Below, one piece after another: positions 11,336 through 25,118 of a DNA stretch of 64,000 nt. A program made the position numbers and the translations under genes. The notes beneath the pieces were generated by a model that was given only the letters and a program-made list of their open reading frames with translations, was not told the origin of the DNA and made no database searches. Within the stretch, counting starts at the first letter, position 1; every line of letters begins with the position of its first letter. Source of the stretch: Octopus vulgaris (taxonomy: Eukaryota); the NCBI GenBank assembly GCA_951406725.2, contig OX597814.1:23622001-23686000 (forward strand), in the 5' to 3' direction.

Positions 11336-13887
11336 AAAATATACAAAGCACACACACAGACACATGTGCACATGTGCACATGCATGCATACACACACACA
11401 TACATGCACGCACACAGATTTATTGCACATCAGTAGCTTCACTGGCCCCCAAACACTCAACCAATAATAAATGCAAAGGTCCGGCAATTATTATGCTCTG
11501 ATTAAGACTACTTTGCCTACATCTGCTGTGGCCACTTCCAAAATGTCCAGTCATACAAAAATAGATTAATCAGAAAGAGATCATATGCCCAGACTATCAC
11601 ACTGTGTCCCATATGATAAAACCACTTTGAGAATTTAGGGTTGTGGGCTCTATATGAGGATGTGATATATGTGCATAATAATGGGTTCAAAAACTTCCTC
11701 TTAACTGTCTTAGTTTAAGATTAATGTAGATTTGCTGCTGGGGAGAGTTTGCTGATTTGTTCACTAGAAATAACAGAAAGCCTCAGGTAAGAAAACAATG
11801 TAATGTAGGGTTGCCTACTTTGATGAAAGAATGGTTAGATGATCCTCCCATAGTATAGGCTGAAATAACTAAGTGAATAGAGAAGTTATAGGTGAAATAG
11901 TGATAGAATAAGATCTTGAAGAAACATAAAAGAGAGGTTTTAAATCAGACCAACTGGATGCTTGTTGCCTAAATGCCAAGGATGAGTGGTAGAGAGACTA
12001 GAGAGCAGTGCTAGTTTTTCACTCACAAGCAAAAAATGATTTATTCAAATTTATCATGCTTTCACTAATTGTTTTATATGCCTATGGAGTAATGTAGTAA
12101 TGACAGGTGGAGGGAGAGAGAATGAAATTCAAGCACCTCTATAGTACCCACGACATTTGAACAGAGTGGAGCAATATGGAAATAAAGTACTTTGTTCAAG
12201 TACACAGCATGTTGCTCACTTCGGGAACTGAAACCACAACCTTATGACCATGGTAAAACACCCTAGTTACTAGCTCACACACCTTCACAATATCAGAAAG
12301 GTAGATTCTCTGTTACTGCAGCTCTTAGAAATGTAGTCTGCACATGTAGACTAGTTAACATAAATGTACATATTAGAGAGAGATTCTTTCTCTGACACCT
12401 TAAAAGTACTGATATAATATTCAAGTATATAATCTTTGTGAAGATGATGAAACTGAATTTGATATCATATATTTAATTTTGCTTGTCAGAGAATCCAAGA
12501 TATTTTTTCATAAAAGAAATGTGAAAGATAATTACAAAGAATGCGTGGGCTCAGACTACATGCCTTCATTGGTCAGTTAAAGTTGAGACAGTGTCACGTG
12601 ACAACTTGCTGGGGCTACCTACTGGAGCCTAGCAGCAGGTATTTAAAGAAAAAAGTTTGACAAGACAGTCAGTCGCCCGCTGACACTTGTTGACGCTACA
12701 TCAAAGAGGCCAGGGAACAGAAGAAAGAAAAAGATAGAAGACATGCACTCAACACCAGAGCTGAAGACACCTCTGAAAGTGGGGGCCTCACCACGTGAAA
12801 ATGGTAGAGGAGTAGGGGCCGAAACCGAATGTGGTTCTGTGTGATGATGTCTTGAGCTAACTGGATCCTATAAAGGAGCTGTTGTGGTACCAGACCACGA
12901 AACACGGTTGAAATTCCTATCCAAGCACTTTAACTATAATTCTTATTAGAAAATGAAGCCAAATCCCAGTCTTAGCTAATTAGAAGTGCATTTTCATTTT
13001 ATGGTACTAACTACATAATTTCTTATATAATCCTGAAGACTTTGTGATTCTATTTCTTGTGGTGGCAAATGCAAATTAGTAGCATCCATGTTTTTCTTTA
13101 AAATATAAGAGATCAAGAGAAAATTAAGTTGTTCAAATAGCAAATACAAACTAGTTTATGGATTTAGCTTGCAGTTAAGCATATCACTAATCTGTGTGAC
13201 TCGCTACAGAAATAGTAATGAAGGTATAAGTGATAACCTCTGTGACTATAATACTATCACTTGGAAGTGATAAATCAAATTACATTATGATTACATATGC
13301 CACTAAATGATAAGGCGAGTATGACTTCTATATCAGAGATACTGACTAGAAAGCTTCATAAATTGTCAAAGATAAACTACATTTCCATCTTCTGTTCTTT
13401 GAAATGTTTCCTTGTGCAGAGCCAGAAAATTACCAATTCCAATATAGCAAGAATTATTTATTATCTCAGCTGTTCCATGATTAGTTTTTAATTCCCACAA
13501 CATTCAACTTGTTTAATCATTCACACTTGCTTTCTATATTACATCTGTACATTTGCAACTTCACAGAATATTGTAGCAAAATAAACAGGTGACTCTGTTT
13601 TTACTATGCCAATCAGAAAGTTAACCGCATAAAAGAAACATGTGACTGTGCATTTTGAATATTGCTATTCCTTTTTATCTTTATATTGCCAATCTATAAC
13701 TTATTTCATAGCATATTCTTCTTTATCCACACTCACATATAAACACCATTACTACTTCTAAGTTTGGAAATATGCTTATGAGAATGACCGAGATATGTGT
13801 ATATGTATGTGTCTGTGTACATAGATATATGTAAGTATGTATATCTAAATATATATATATATATATACCTATCTATCTATCTATCTA

Positions 13888-13919
<32 letters not shown>

Positions 13920-14447
13920 CATATATATATAGGGAGAGAGAGAGAGAGAGATAGATAGATATCTGTATATATATATATATATATATATGTAAATATATAT
14001 ATGTATGTATATATACATATATATATAGTTATAGATATAAATAGATATATTAATACATATACACACACATAATCAAATTCAAATTTTCATCAAGTATGTT
14101 TTCTCAGACATTCTCTTGAAGCTTAAGTGTTAGGGGGATGTTAGTCTTAGAGGTCAAAAGTATTAGGAGTCCAAAACTCTGCACACTAACTACATATCAT
14201 AAGGATATCTTTTTTCTGGGAAATACCATCATTAGTGAAACAACAAAATCACAGTCAGCTTCATATATTTTCTAATAAATAAATATTTGACATCATATAC
14301 TCAGTTACTGTTGTTATTTTAGCTATTAGGAACATGCGTGTGTGTGTATACACATATGCACCTCATATTAACCTATGTATGTATGTATGTATGTATGTAT
14401 GTATGTATGTACGTATTTATCTATCTATCTATCTATCTATCTGTCTT

Positions 14448-14521
<74 letters not shown>

Positions 14522-14912
14522 TACATAGATATGAATTGCTTATAAATCAAATAATGTATATAAGTAGAAACTAATTGTTGGCTTTTTTTAAATTGGTTAT
14601 ATTATATTTATAGTATATTATATTTTAATTATAATGTAATAAATTGTTAGATGGTCAATAAGTTATGTAGGCATAATTTAGAGGTGTTTAAGACCTCTAA
14701 GGGATGGTTAAATCCAAAGGCTCCCCCTGGGGATTACCTGGGTAGGTACTGTTCTTGGTAAAAGGTATACGATAGCAGGTAATTCAGGGGGTAAACCGTA
14801 GTTTATATTATATGCAAGAAGAAAATGAAGGGAAAATAACAGGAAGAATTTGGTCGTTTGCACTAGTAAGCCATTAATTTAATTAATTAATAAAGAAAAG
14901 TGGTAGTAATAG

Positions 14913-14968
14913 TGCATTTACGATCGTTTCTGTTTACCAGTTTTAGTGGTAGACATCATCAGAATACA
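14913..14968 (-). ncRNA. Intact minimal type I hammerhead ribozyme
   Basis: tgtatt-CTGATGA-TGTCTACCA(ctaaaac)TGGTAAACA-GAAAC-GATC-GTA-aatgca: 6-bp stem I, 9-bp stem II (1 mismatch), palindromic ACGATCGT stem III, GUA cleavage triplet. Confidence 0.85.
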
Positions 14969-15422
14969 GAGACATATGTAGTGTTTAGAAGAGCGAAAGA
15001 CATAGGGATACATTGGTAACAAGAATAAATACAAAGAATGGTGAGTCTTACATTATAGTAGGTTTCTTAGTTGATAATTCTGCTGCGAAGTGGATAGCGG
15101 ATGGAGGTTATTTTGATCTGTAGTCCCAAGTTTAAGTAAGCGCATATTTTCCATGGGTTTATTCTAGCTAGACTTTTCACCAGCGGTGTAAAGAAAGGGG
15201 GTTAACTCTAACTCATGGAGAAAAGAAGGCTAACTCTATTCATATTACTCAGTCTGGGGTGAGCAAGGAATTTATGTATCTTTGGGAGTTAAAGTTGTAG
15301 GAAGTTCATAGTAATGGAGGAAGCCCTGTGTAGGTGTAAAATAATTTACACCCACATAGCGAGTGGGGGTTGGGAGATGAATGTTTGCATGTAAGTAATT
15401 TAAGTGGTTCCAAATCTTTTAA

Positions 15423-15806
15423 AGATTTGAACTATCTATTTCTAGAGAAAAGGAACACAACTCCATTAACTACTTAGACACAAACTGCAACTTAGCCACA
15501 GGACTCCACGAACCCTATATAAAACCCAACTCTAACCTGAAATACATAAACGCATTCAGTAACCACCCAATCTTTATTAAGAGAGGTTTAGTACATAGCA
15601 TTAGCAATAGAATATCATGCCTCTCTTCCACCCAATATATTTTTAATAAGCATAAGGAAATTTATAATATCGTACTAGATAAAGCAGGATTTAAACAAAA
15701 AATTAAATACCTAGAACCCAATCGCTATACAAATAACCTAAATAACAGAAATCCACATGATAATACCATTAACACTAACCACACACCAAACGTCACTATA
15801 AACTAA
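15423..15806 (+). pseudogene. Penelope-like reverse transcriptase fragment (ATG-less open frame)
   Basis: INYLDTNCNLATGLHEPYIKPNSNLKYINAFSNHPIFIKRGLVHSISNRISCLSS...LDKAGF matches the PLE RT pattern FLD..YRKP..Y..SNHP..R..LSS; followed by an Asn-rich linker. Confidence 0.85.
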
Positions 15807-16513
15807 ACCAACAATAAGAACAGCTTAGATAAGCTCAACAAGAATAATAACAATAGAAACAATGTTAAGTCCCATACACAAATCACCAATAATATTACAA
15901 ACAACGACAACATGAATACCAACAATGTGATAATCAATAAAATTAACAACATTAACAAGACTAATAACATGAATTATAAAAACAAGTTGGAAAATAATAA
16001 TAGCTACAATAAGAATAATATAAAGCTACACATTGATAAGAATAAAAATAAAGAGCCCCAAAGAACAAAGATAAACTCTGTTAAATGCATAACAACAGGT
16101 CATTGAGTCCACATAAACCATACAGAAATAACCCCAATAAAACAGACAGGAGCAATAGTAAAGATAAACCCAACTATAGTTATTTTTCCCCCATTTTCTT
16201 CTTGAATATACATATATATATATAACCCATGCTAGCATGGAAAGCGGACGTTAAGCGACGGTGATGATGATGATGATGATATATATATATATAGAAAGAT
16301 TATATATTATAGAAAGATTAGATATAAGATAAAACATATAATGATGATTAAGTTATGTGCAAAATAATAAATAAAACGTATATATATAATATTATATAAA
16401 ATATAATATATATATATATATAGATTATATTTTGTGAAATTTGATTTAGTATTTCTAAATTGAATTTTTCCCTGCAAGTTTGGAATAATATTCCCCCATA
16501 CTTATTATTATTA

Positions 16514-16556
<43 letters not shown>

Positions 16557-17376
16557 TATTATTATATATATATGTGTGTGCGTGTGTGTGTGTATAAGTA
16601 TGTATGTATGTATGATGCATATATAGGCACAGGCAGCAAGCATCTTCTACCATGCCACCCTGACAAAAAGCCCTGTCAGTGGATTTGGAAGAGAGAAACT
16701 AAAAGCGCTCTCTCATATTATCGTCATCATTGTTTTAATATCTACAGTTTCCATGCTTACTTGAGTCACATGAAATTCCTTGAAGCACATTTTATATGAT
16801 TGGACGTGTTTTCTCTCACCAATGGGGACAGAAGCTCCTGGAACATTTTTTGCAAGTCATTCCCACTCTTGTTACTCTGCTTTCAGAACATCTATCCTTA
16901 CTACTAATTATGTCATCTAGCTAACTGAAATTGTTAATGCATTTTAGCTGCCTGGACATTCATGAAAGCCAGTTTTGGGGATGATCTCCATGCTTAGCCT
17001 TTTAGTACACTGCATTTTTTCTAGAGTTGGTTCTCCTGCCACTGCCCTGTCAATACAGGGGAGAAAACTCACATGGTGACATGATGCACCTACAGTGTGC
17101 TAAAATTTAATGCACCTGTACATTTTCCACATGTGGTGGCTGCCTTTATTGTTAGCCTTCCTATTATTTCACTACATCACTTGTGTGCATATTGTTTATG
17201 TCGGAGGAACATTGTGTATGCTGGAGCATCTTTGCAGCATGTATATTGATTTTTCTACTGAGTAAAACTCCAGTTTTCCTGATATTCACTTTGAGGTCCT
17301 AATATACAGCCATGTAATGACACACATGCTTGTCTTGGACTATTATTTTCCTTCCCTTTGGCTTTTTCCACCTTCC

Positions 17377-17411
17377 TGTTACTGATGAAGAGCTATGGTC
17401 AAAATGTCACT
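17377..17411 (+). ncRNA. Decayed minimal hammerhead motif in a probable Penelope-derived remnant (about 16900-17510)
   Basis: CTGATGA-A-GAGC(tat)GGTC-AAAA-TGTC; downstream flank resembles those at 44207 and 31998. Confidence 0.4.
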
Positions 17412-17702
17412 CTACCACTTTTTCCCATCTTAAAATTTCTCTGGGCATCAATCTAATACATTTAGTGTACATCCTTTTGCCTTTGTTATATTACCTGTGT
17501 TTGATTTAAATTTTGATTGCTTATACACACACATATATGAATGCTCAAAATAAGGAGTAGATAGACATCTGACAAATATTGAAGGGTTGTTTCTCTGTGT
17601 TTACTTGTCCTGTTTTCTATTTTTCTCTTCTTTATGTAATTAACTCATTTGTCTACATATTTCATGATGTTTACCCAGTTGGTGACGTCCTGTACCCATA
17701 TA

Positions 17703-17705
<3 letters not shown>

Positions 17706-17776
<71 letters not shown>

Positions 17777-17829
17777 TACATATATATATGTACGTTTAAA
17801 TATTTGTTGTGCAAGATTTTTTATATATG

Positions 17830-17862
<33 letters not shown>

Positions 17863-17890
17863 GTATATATATATATAAATGTATATATGT
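17706..17890. repeat. (TA)n microsatellite
   Basis: Directly visible. Confidence 0.95.
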
Positions 17891-17893
17891 ATA

Positions 17894-18804
17894 AATGAAG
17901 CCAGTATGCTCCGATGGATGTGTAATGTCAGTACTCATACTTGGCAGAGTGTAAGTACCTTGAGAGAAAAGCTGGACCTAAGAAGCATCAGTTGTGGTGT
18001 GCAAGAGAGACGTTTGCACTAGTATGGTCATGTGGCGAGAATGGATGAAGATAGTTGTGTGAAAAAGTGCCACACCCTAGCGGTTGAGGGAACCTGTGGA
18101 AGAGGCAGACCCAGGAAAACCTGGGACGAGGTGGTGAAGCACGACCTTTGAACTTTAGGTCTCACTGAGGAAATGACTAGAGACCGAGATCTCTGGAAGT
18201 GTGCTGTGTGCGAGAAGACCCAGCAGGACAAGTGAGTCCTTAACCAGTGGCCTTCTACATGAGATGGAGCCAGCCTACGTATGCATACCTTCCCTTCTTG
18301 GGACACAAAACTCTACTTGTGAAGACCTGTTGAGGCAAGTGAGGATCAGAATCGAAATCGATCAATTGAAATTGCAGATGTGTTACCAGTGCCGGTGGCA
18401 TGTAAGAGAACCTTCCGTTTTGCGACCGTTACCAGCGCCACCCCGACTGGCCTCATGCCGGTGGCACGTAAAAAGCACCATCCGTTCATGTCCGTTGCCA
18501 GCCTCGCCTGGCCCCCGTGCCGGTGGCACATAAAAAGCACCATCCATTCGTGTCCATTGCCAGCCTCGCCTGGCCCCCGTGCCAGTGGCACATAAAAAGC
18601 ATCATCCGTTCATGGCCGTTTGCCAGCTCTGTCTGGCACCTGTGCGGGTGGCATGTAAAAAGCACCCACTACACTCACGGAGTGGTTGGCGTTAGGAAGG
18701 GCATCCAGCCATAGAAACACTGCCAGATTTGACTGGGCCTGATGAATATAGTAGAACGTCCAACCCATGCTATGGAAAACGGATATGATGATGATGATGA
18801 TGAT
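17894..18804 (+). mobile_element. 5'-truncated RTE-clade LINE (ORF C-terminus 17894-18235, 3' UTR with about 60-bp tandem repeats, (GAT)n tail)
   Basis: [12 protein letters not shown]...RRLH*YGHVARM...EGTCGRGRPRKTWDEVVKHDL...RDRDLWK; repeated gccggtggcacgtaaaaagcacc. Confidence 0.92.
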
Positions 18805-18860
18805 ATTTATATTTATATATATATATATATATGTATATATATTTATATATATATATATTA

Positions 18861-19211
18861 AAAAATAAGGGAATAGAGTAGATAAAATGCAGGCTACATA
18901 TATTTCATAGCTAGCGAAACCTTGGAAGTAGCAAATTATCCAAATAATGAGTAGACTGCAAGCTACTCTTCAGGCCAAGGATTATATGAAGTTTACATTG
19001 TCACTGGGAGATCCCATGTTAGCACGATTGAATCCCCAACAAGTTAACATTGTATCTCCCAAAAACAATGTAAACTTCATATAATTAAGGTGTCTTTTGG
19101 TCTGAAGTAGCTTGTAGTCTGCCCCTCGCTTGGGTAATGTAATACTTTCTAGGTTCTGCTAGCAATGAACCATATGTAGCCTGGATTTTATTAACTCCTT
19201 ACTTAACTTTT
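18861..19211. repeat. About 350-bp fold-back (long imperfect palindrome), MITE-like
   Basis: Arms pair throughout, e.g. 18981-19001 with 19065-19085 (21 bp perfect) and caggctacata with tatgtagcctg. Confidence 0.85.
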
Positions 19212-19525
19212 GAATGTTTATTTGCTTATAAAACAACCTCTGTTGCTAACACTGTGAACTATAAAATTAACTGTTTGCAGCTTAACGTACTTGAATATGG
19301 AAAAAATTCATGACCTTCTGCACCACTAAACCACTATTGTTCTTGGAAGTTGTTTTTTATACCTTCCACAGACTGCTTGAAGCTTACTAACTTCCTACAC
19401 CTTGATCCTTGGATCTTACCTTTACATATCTATCTATCTAACCATCTATACACACACACACATAGCATGGTTGTGTGTGGGTGTTTATTTACATATTGCC
19501 TTATTACATTAGAGTAAGTTTTTAA

Positions 19526-19745
19526 CCCTTTCATTACCAACCTGGCTGAAACTGGCTCTGGCTCTGAGTACAAATGTCGTGTTTTTGTAAGTTTTGAATT
19601 GAAATCTTCCACCAAACTTTAGTCACAAATTATGTTCCTAACACTAGCTGAATGATAACTAAGTTATTTCACTAAATTCTTTGTTATATCTAAAGTAATT
19701 GAAAGGAACTCAGAGCATCTCAAAATAAATACAGTAATGAAAGGG
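19526..19745 (-). mobile_element. piggyBac-type MITE
   Basis: TTAA TSD on both sides; TIR ccctttcattac/gtaatgaaaggg. Confidence 0.9.
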
Positions 19746-21065
19746 TTAATACTTTTATGTAAGATGACTAGAGATTTTAATTCAGATTGAATTTAGGTAT
19801 GTCTAATTTCAATTTCATGCAATTTCATACATGATAGGAAAAATATGAAAAGAACATTTTTTTGTTAGTAGTCATGTGAATATCATTGTTTGATGGCAAT
19901 AATCCACTAGCATCTTCAATTTGCAAGTGAAGGGTCATTATTTATGAAATTGTTAGTCCTACTAAAACAAGTGGTATTAATGTAGTTGACCTCTGTAAGA
20001 AAGACCCGGATAGTGAGAGAATTTATGATGGCTGTGGTTCTAAGCAGGGAGTGTTTAATGCATAAGTTGCAGAAAGCTGCAGTAAAATTAGGTAGAAAGA
20101 AAGACACTAGTTGACTTTGAGCAAATATAGTATGCAGACTATTTGTTCAAAAACTAAAAGCAGCTTTTATAGTAGTGACAGAAAGTCAAAGAGAAAGAGC
20201 ATGCTTGTTGGCCACTTGTAGGGTGGGGTTTGTGTGTTATGTGTTGTGTTGGCTATGTCATATAAAAATTCTTCAGTAGAAATTTGGTAGCCCATCAACA
20301 GGCTGTAATGAGTTGAGAATTTTGAAAGTTCGGTAAGATTGACAGAGGAACACACTGGCAAAGCAAAAATTCAAAAATATATAATAAATAATTATATTTT
20401 AATATTCAAATATTTTAATATTCAAAATCTGGAGCTCTTAATCAATAAAGTTGAAGCCATTTTCAAGAAATTACAATGAAACTTAAACCATATTTTTCCA
20501 AAATATCAATTTGCCTGAAGTTATAAAGATTACATTGTAACTTTAAAAAATATTAATAATGTTATCAATTAACAACTGACAATTTTGAATATTAATAGGT
20601 TTTAACATTTGTTACAATAAACAATCATATTAACACTATCATTGCTTCAACTGAAAACACTTGAACTTTGTGGTAACACTGGCTTCTTTCTATGCTTTAT
20701 GTTAAGGAGAGATTTCTTTGCAATTATTATAATCAGTGATTTTATATTTTCTTTGTCTGTTTAATCAGAATACTTCTAATTTAGCTGTTAAAACTGTGAC
20801 ATCCTCCGGGGAATCATCATCAATATAATCTTCATTTTAGATGTATTTATCTATGCTGTTATGGGTTAGAGAAGTCTCATAGGATTTCATGACATGTTGT
20901 AGCCATTTCTTATTTGGAACACATAGAAACAGAGAAAATCAGTGATCTTTGTTTTCTGTATACATGAATATTATATACAAAAGGGATCTATTTACTTTCT
21001 TTAGAAATTCATTTTATTGGAAGCACAAATGATTAAGAGAGGGTAAAAAAAAACTTAATATGTAT

Positions 21066-21232
21066 AGACATAGGAGTGGCTGTGTGGTAAGTAGCTTGAT
21101 TACTAACCACATGGTTCCAGGTTCAGTCCCACTGCGTGGAACCTTGGGCAAGTGTCTTCAACTATAGCCTTGGGCTGACCAAAGCCTTGAGTGGATTTTG
21201 GTAGACAGAAACTGAAAGAAGCCCATCGTATG

Positions 21233-21293
<61 letters not shown>

Positions 21294-21520
21294 GTATGTA
21301 TGTGTGTGTATAAGTTTGTGTGTCTGTGTTTGTCCTCCCAACATCACTTGATAACCGATGCTGGTGTGTTTATGTCCCTGTAACTTAGCAGTTCGGCAAA
21401 AGAGACCAATAGAGTAAGTACTAGGCTTACAAAGAATAAGTCCTGGGGTCAATTTGCTTGACTAAAGGTGCTGCACCAGCATGGCCGCAGTCAACTAACT
21501 GAAACAAGTAAAAGAGTAAA
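21066..21520 (+). mobile_element. tRNA-derived SINE family A with internal (TA)n(TG)n
   Basis: ggagtggctgtgtggtaag A box, ggttcagtccc B box, CCTTGGGCAAG (CORE-like) box, tail gcatggccgcagtc...gaaacaagtaaaaga. Confidence 0.9.
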
Positions 21521-21732
21521 AAAGTATTTAAAAGAACCGTACTGAATCATCAAAATTCATCTCTTCTCTCAAAACATGAACATCCTATATTTTACAATGC
21601 TTAAATAGTTAATTCTTTTTACACAGCTGAGATGAAATAATTCTCAATACCAGTAATATATTTTATTCCTTTACACCCATGCTGGTGCAAAACTTTCAAA
21701 AGTTGAGAGGATAACATTGATCCCAGTATATA

Positions 21733-22165
21733 TGAGGGGGTGCCGAAAAGTTTCTGGCTTTTGGTAAAAGAAAATACAGGAGGATCAGTTAACCCTTTTT
21801 TTACCGTATTTTTGTTGAGATGTTCTGTGTTTCTTTCAATTATTTTAAATATAACAAAGAATTTAGTAAAATAACTTTGTCATCATTAAGCTGGTGTTAG
21901 GAACATAAATTGTGACTAAGGTTTGTTGAAAGATTTTAATTCAGAACTTTTGAAAACAAGACATTTGTACTACAGAGCCACAGGCAGTTTCAGCAGGGTT
22001 GGTAACGAAAGGGTTAATTATGATTTTATTCAACATACAGATTCACACACTTACTGCAGCAGTCCTTCAATTTTACTAAACCCTGTAAAAGAACTTGGAA
22101 GGCTGGCTCTCCAACCAGGCTTTTTGCAATAAATTTAAACCCAGGAACTTTTCATCACTCCCTCG
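21733..22165 (+). mobile_element. Mariner-type MITE interrupted by a piggyBac-type MITE
   Basis: Same TIRs and body as 1138-1338, with an insertion at 21793-22013. Confidence 0.85.
21793..22013 (+). mobile_element. piggyBac-type MITE (nested)
   Basis: TTAA duplicated at 21789-21792 and 22014-22017; cccttt...aaaggg termini. Confidence 0.9.
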
Positions 22166-22344
22166 AAATTCAGTATAATACTTATATCATTAACTTCAGT
22201 TTATCTTACTGCTAATAGCACATCAAGAGACACAACATAAGATAAGACACTCTAATTATCTTTGAATCTGTCTCTCTGAGCATGTGTGTGTGTATGTGTG
22301 TGTGCACATGTATATGCATGTGTGTGTGCCTGTGTATGTTTGAG

Positions 22345-22550
<206 letters not shown>

Positions 22551-23989
22551 AGTCAACGGATGTTAAATGATGATGATGATGATGGTATGTGTGTCTGTGG
22601 GTGTATGTATGTAAGCATGTATGTATATGCATGGATGTGTGCATTAAATAGGCAAAGGGCTTGTTCATACTTTCTGTCTGCCAAATTCTTCCCACAAGTT
22701 ATTGATCAACCTGAAGCCTCTTGCCCACAATACCAGAATAGAAGATGCTACCTAGAACCATGTTACAAAGTTCATAAGCAGAACAGCTTCATGCTTACAG
22801 CTATCTAAAAGTTGATTTAATCAAATGTACTCATTAACTTCTCAAAAAACTCATTTAACACTGGGAAGCATGATTCTCTCTACATCACCTCCAGTCAGAC
22901 ATCAAGGAGTGTTGAAAGATTCTTGATATTTTTGGTAATACTATGGTTTCAATTTTAGTTTATAATGGTTTCACATCATTGACAAAACATGAGCACCACA
23001 ACTTCACATGTCATAAAATCCTAAGTTGCTATATCATTGCAGGGAATCTATTTTGTGCATATTTTAATCTTATGTAGAAACAATGCTTTTCTACACACAT
23101 GTACAAAGCAGTTTGCATATTGTTTAATTGAAACGATAAATTGAGTAGATTCCATTTGCAACAATCCAATTAATTTTAACCAATTTAAATAAATTTTATT
23201 AACATCAGGGAAACAAGAGCTACATAATTTTTCTTCTTGTGTTCTCCATGGTAACTTGAAGAGCCTAAACTTAATGGTTTGTGATTGTAAACATACATAC
23301 ATAACATAAATATGCATTCACATACCACTGAAGCAATGTGTTTGCCGTTATTTCTATTTATAAATATATATTCATGCATGCATTTAATAAATATAAATGT
23401 AGCCACACAGTGAAAAGAGACAATATACTTAAACCATTTGCAACCCTCTGCACAACAGAGTAAAACAGAAGAGATGCATGCTTCTTTCTAAAAGTATGCA
23501 TGTTTATTTATTTACAAACTTGCCAAATTTACATATGCTCATAGTAAATCCACATATTTTTTTTTTTGTGTGACATTTAAAGTGGTTTTAATTTTGTTCC
23601 ATATTTATCATGCAGAGAATATAAAGCTTATTTTTTAATCAACTGGGTAGCTGTATGCAGCATAAGTGAACGTTTTATTTCCTTTTTCTTTTATCAGATA
23701 CAATGAATTCTCATCTGAGCATGTGGCTGGGTGCTTTCACTGCTGAAAGCAAATCAAATGCACCTAGCACTCTTACTGGCAGCAGGCAGCACAAATTTTA
23801 AATCCCTCTCTCCAAAATCTACTGCTTTTTAAAACACAATAAGTAAATAAGAGAAGTTATCTCAGGACAAATACTGCAGTAACTGGGATATCAACAGTGT
23901 TTATTTATTAGGTGCGATACATGGATGGCTATTCAAATTAAATACTACTTTGATGCATATATATACAAATATATATGTATATATATATA

Positions 23990-24400
23990 TGGCTGTGTGG
24001 TAAGTAGCTTGCTTACTAACCACATGGTTCTGAGTTCAGTCCTACTGTGTGGCACCTTGGGCAAGTATTTTCTACTATAGCCTCGGGCCAACCAAAGCCT
24101 TGTGAGTGGGTTTGGTAGACGGAAACTGAAAGAAGCCTGTCGTATATATGTATATATATGTGTGTGTATGTGTGTGTATATGTTTGTGTGTCTGTGTTTT
24201 TCCCACCAACATCGCTTGATAACCGATGGTGATGTGTTTACGACCCTGTAACTTAGCAGTTCGGCAAGACAGACTGATAGAATAAATACTAGGCTTACAA
24301 AGAATAAGTCCTGGGGTCGATTTGCTCGACTAAAGGCGGTGCTCTAGCATGGCTGCAGTCAACTGACTGAAACAAGTAAAAGAGTAAAAGAGAGTAAAGA

Positions 24401-24402
<2 letters not shown>
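23990..24402 (+). mobile_element. SINE family A
   Basis: Same structure as 21066-21520. Confidence 0.9.
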
Positions 24403-24445
<43 letters not shown>

Positions 24446-24615
24446 TTTAAACCTTAAAGGTATTCAGACATTTAATAAGAGCAATTATATATTATAAAGG
24501 AGCAGGAAAAATTACATCGAAAAATCATCACAAAAGATATATGTCCAAAATGATATTGTATTAATAGATAGATATATAAATATATAAAATATGATTATTT
24601 AAAAAGTTTAAAATA

Positions 24616-24704
24616 TCTAACGATTGTTTTATGAATGTATTACCCTTCAGAATGAAATCTAAAATTGATAATCATTATTAGGTAATACATCCACTCATCA
24701 GAGA
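24616..24704 (-). ncRNA. Decayed hammerhead with long (14-bp) stem II
   Basis: tct-CTGATGA-GTGGATGTATTACC(36 nt)GGTAATACATTCAT-AAAAC-AATC-GTT-aga; restoring CpG transitions gives CAC-GAAAC-GATC-GTT. Confidence 0.6.
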
Positions 24705-25052
24705 AGAAGAGTGAATTTCCATGTAGTCAATTGAATGCTATTTTAAAATATATAAAAAAGATATTGTTTAAAAAAGTCACTGGCATAGATGTGCTTTGGT
24801 ACAAACTTGGGCTAAAAATTTTGAAGAAATAATATACATCTGTGGTAAAATCCTTTACAGTAATCCATAATGGCTGTGCGTAGATTTATATCTACACACA
24901 GTCATTTATCTTATACGTAAATTTGACAAATATTATAATAATTATGTACATAATTACAACAAGGGATTGGCTATAAACCTCTCCATATGCTAGAAAAATA
25001 GACGCTCGCATACATAAGTGTAGATACTCATCACTTTATGCTATGGAATATC

Positions 25053-25118
25053 GTTACTGATGAGAGCAGTAGGTATAAATTTTGTTTACCTTAAGCTTAA
25101 AACAGGATCTTGGTTAAC
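25053..25118 (+). ncRNA. Decayed hammerhead-like motif
   Basis: gtta-CTGATGA-GAGC..AGGTA...TACCT..GCTT-AAAAC-aggatcttg-GTT-aac. Confidence 0.4.

Larger units (their letters stand above)
14560..16205. mobile_element. Penelope-like element: inverted pseudo-LTR (minus, about 14560-15410) joined to a 5'-truncated RT (plus, from 15423)
   Basis: RT C-terminal motifs on plus; hammerhead and a KLLTCKH ORF-end-like motif on minus; palindromic junction at 15408-15431. Confidence 0.75.

Noticed and set aside
12865-12915. gtggt(accag)accac-GAAAC-acg-GTT, hammerhead-like 3' half
   Set aside because: No CUGANGA-type box in register and no stem I
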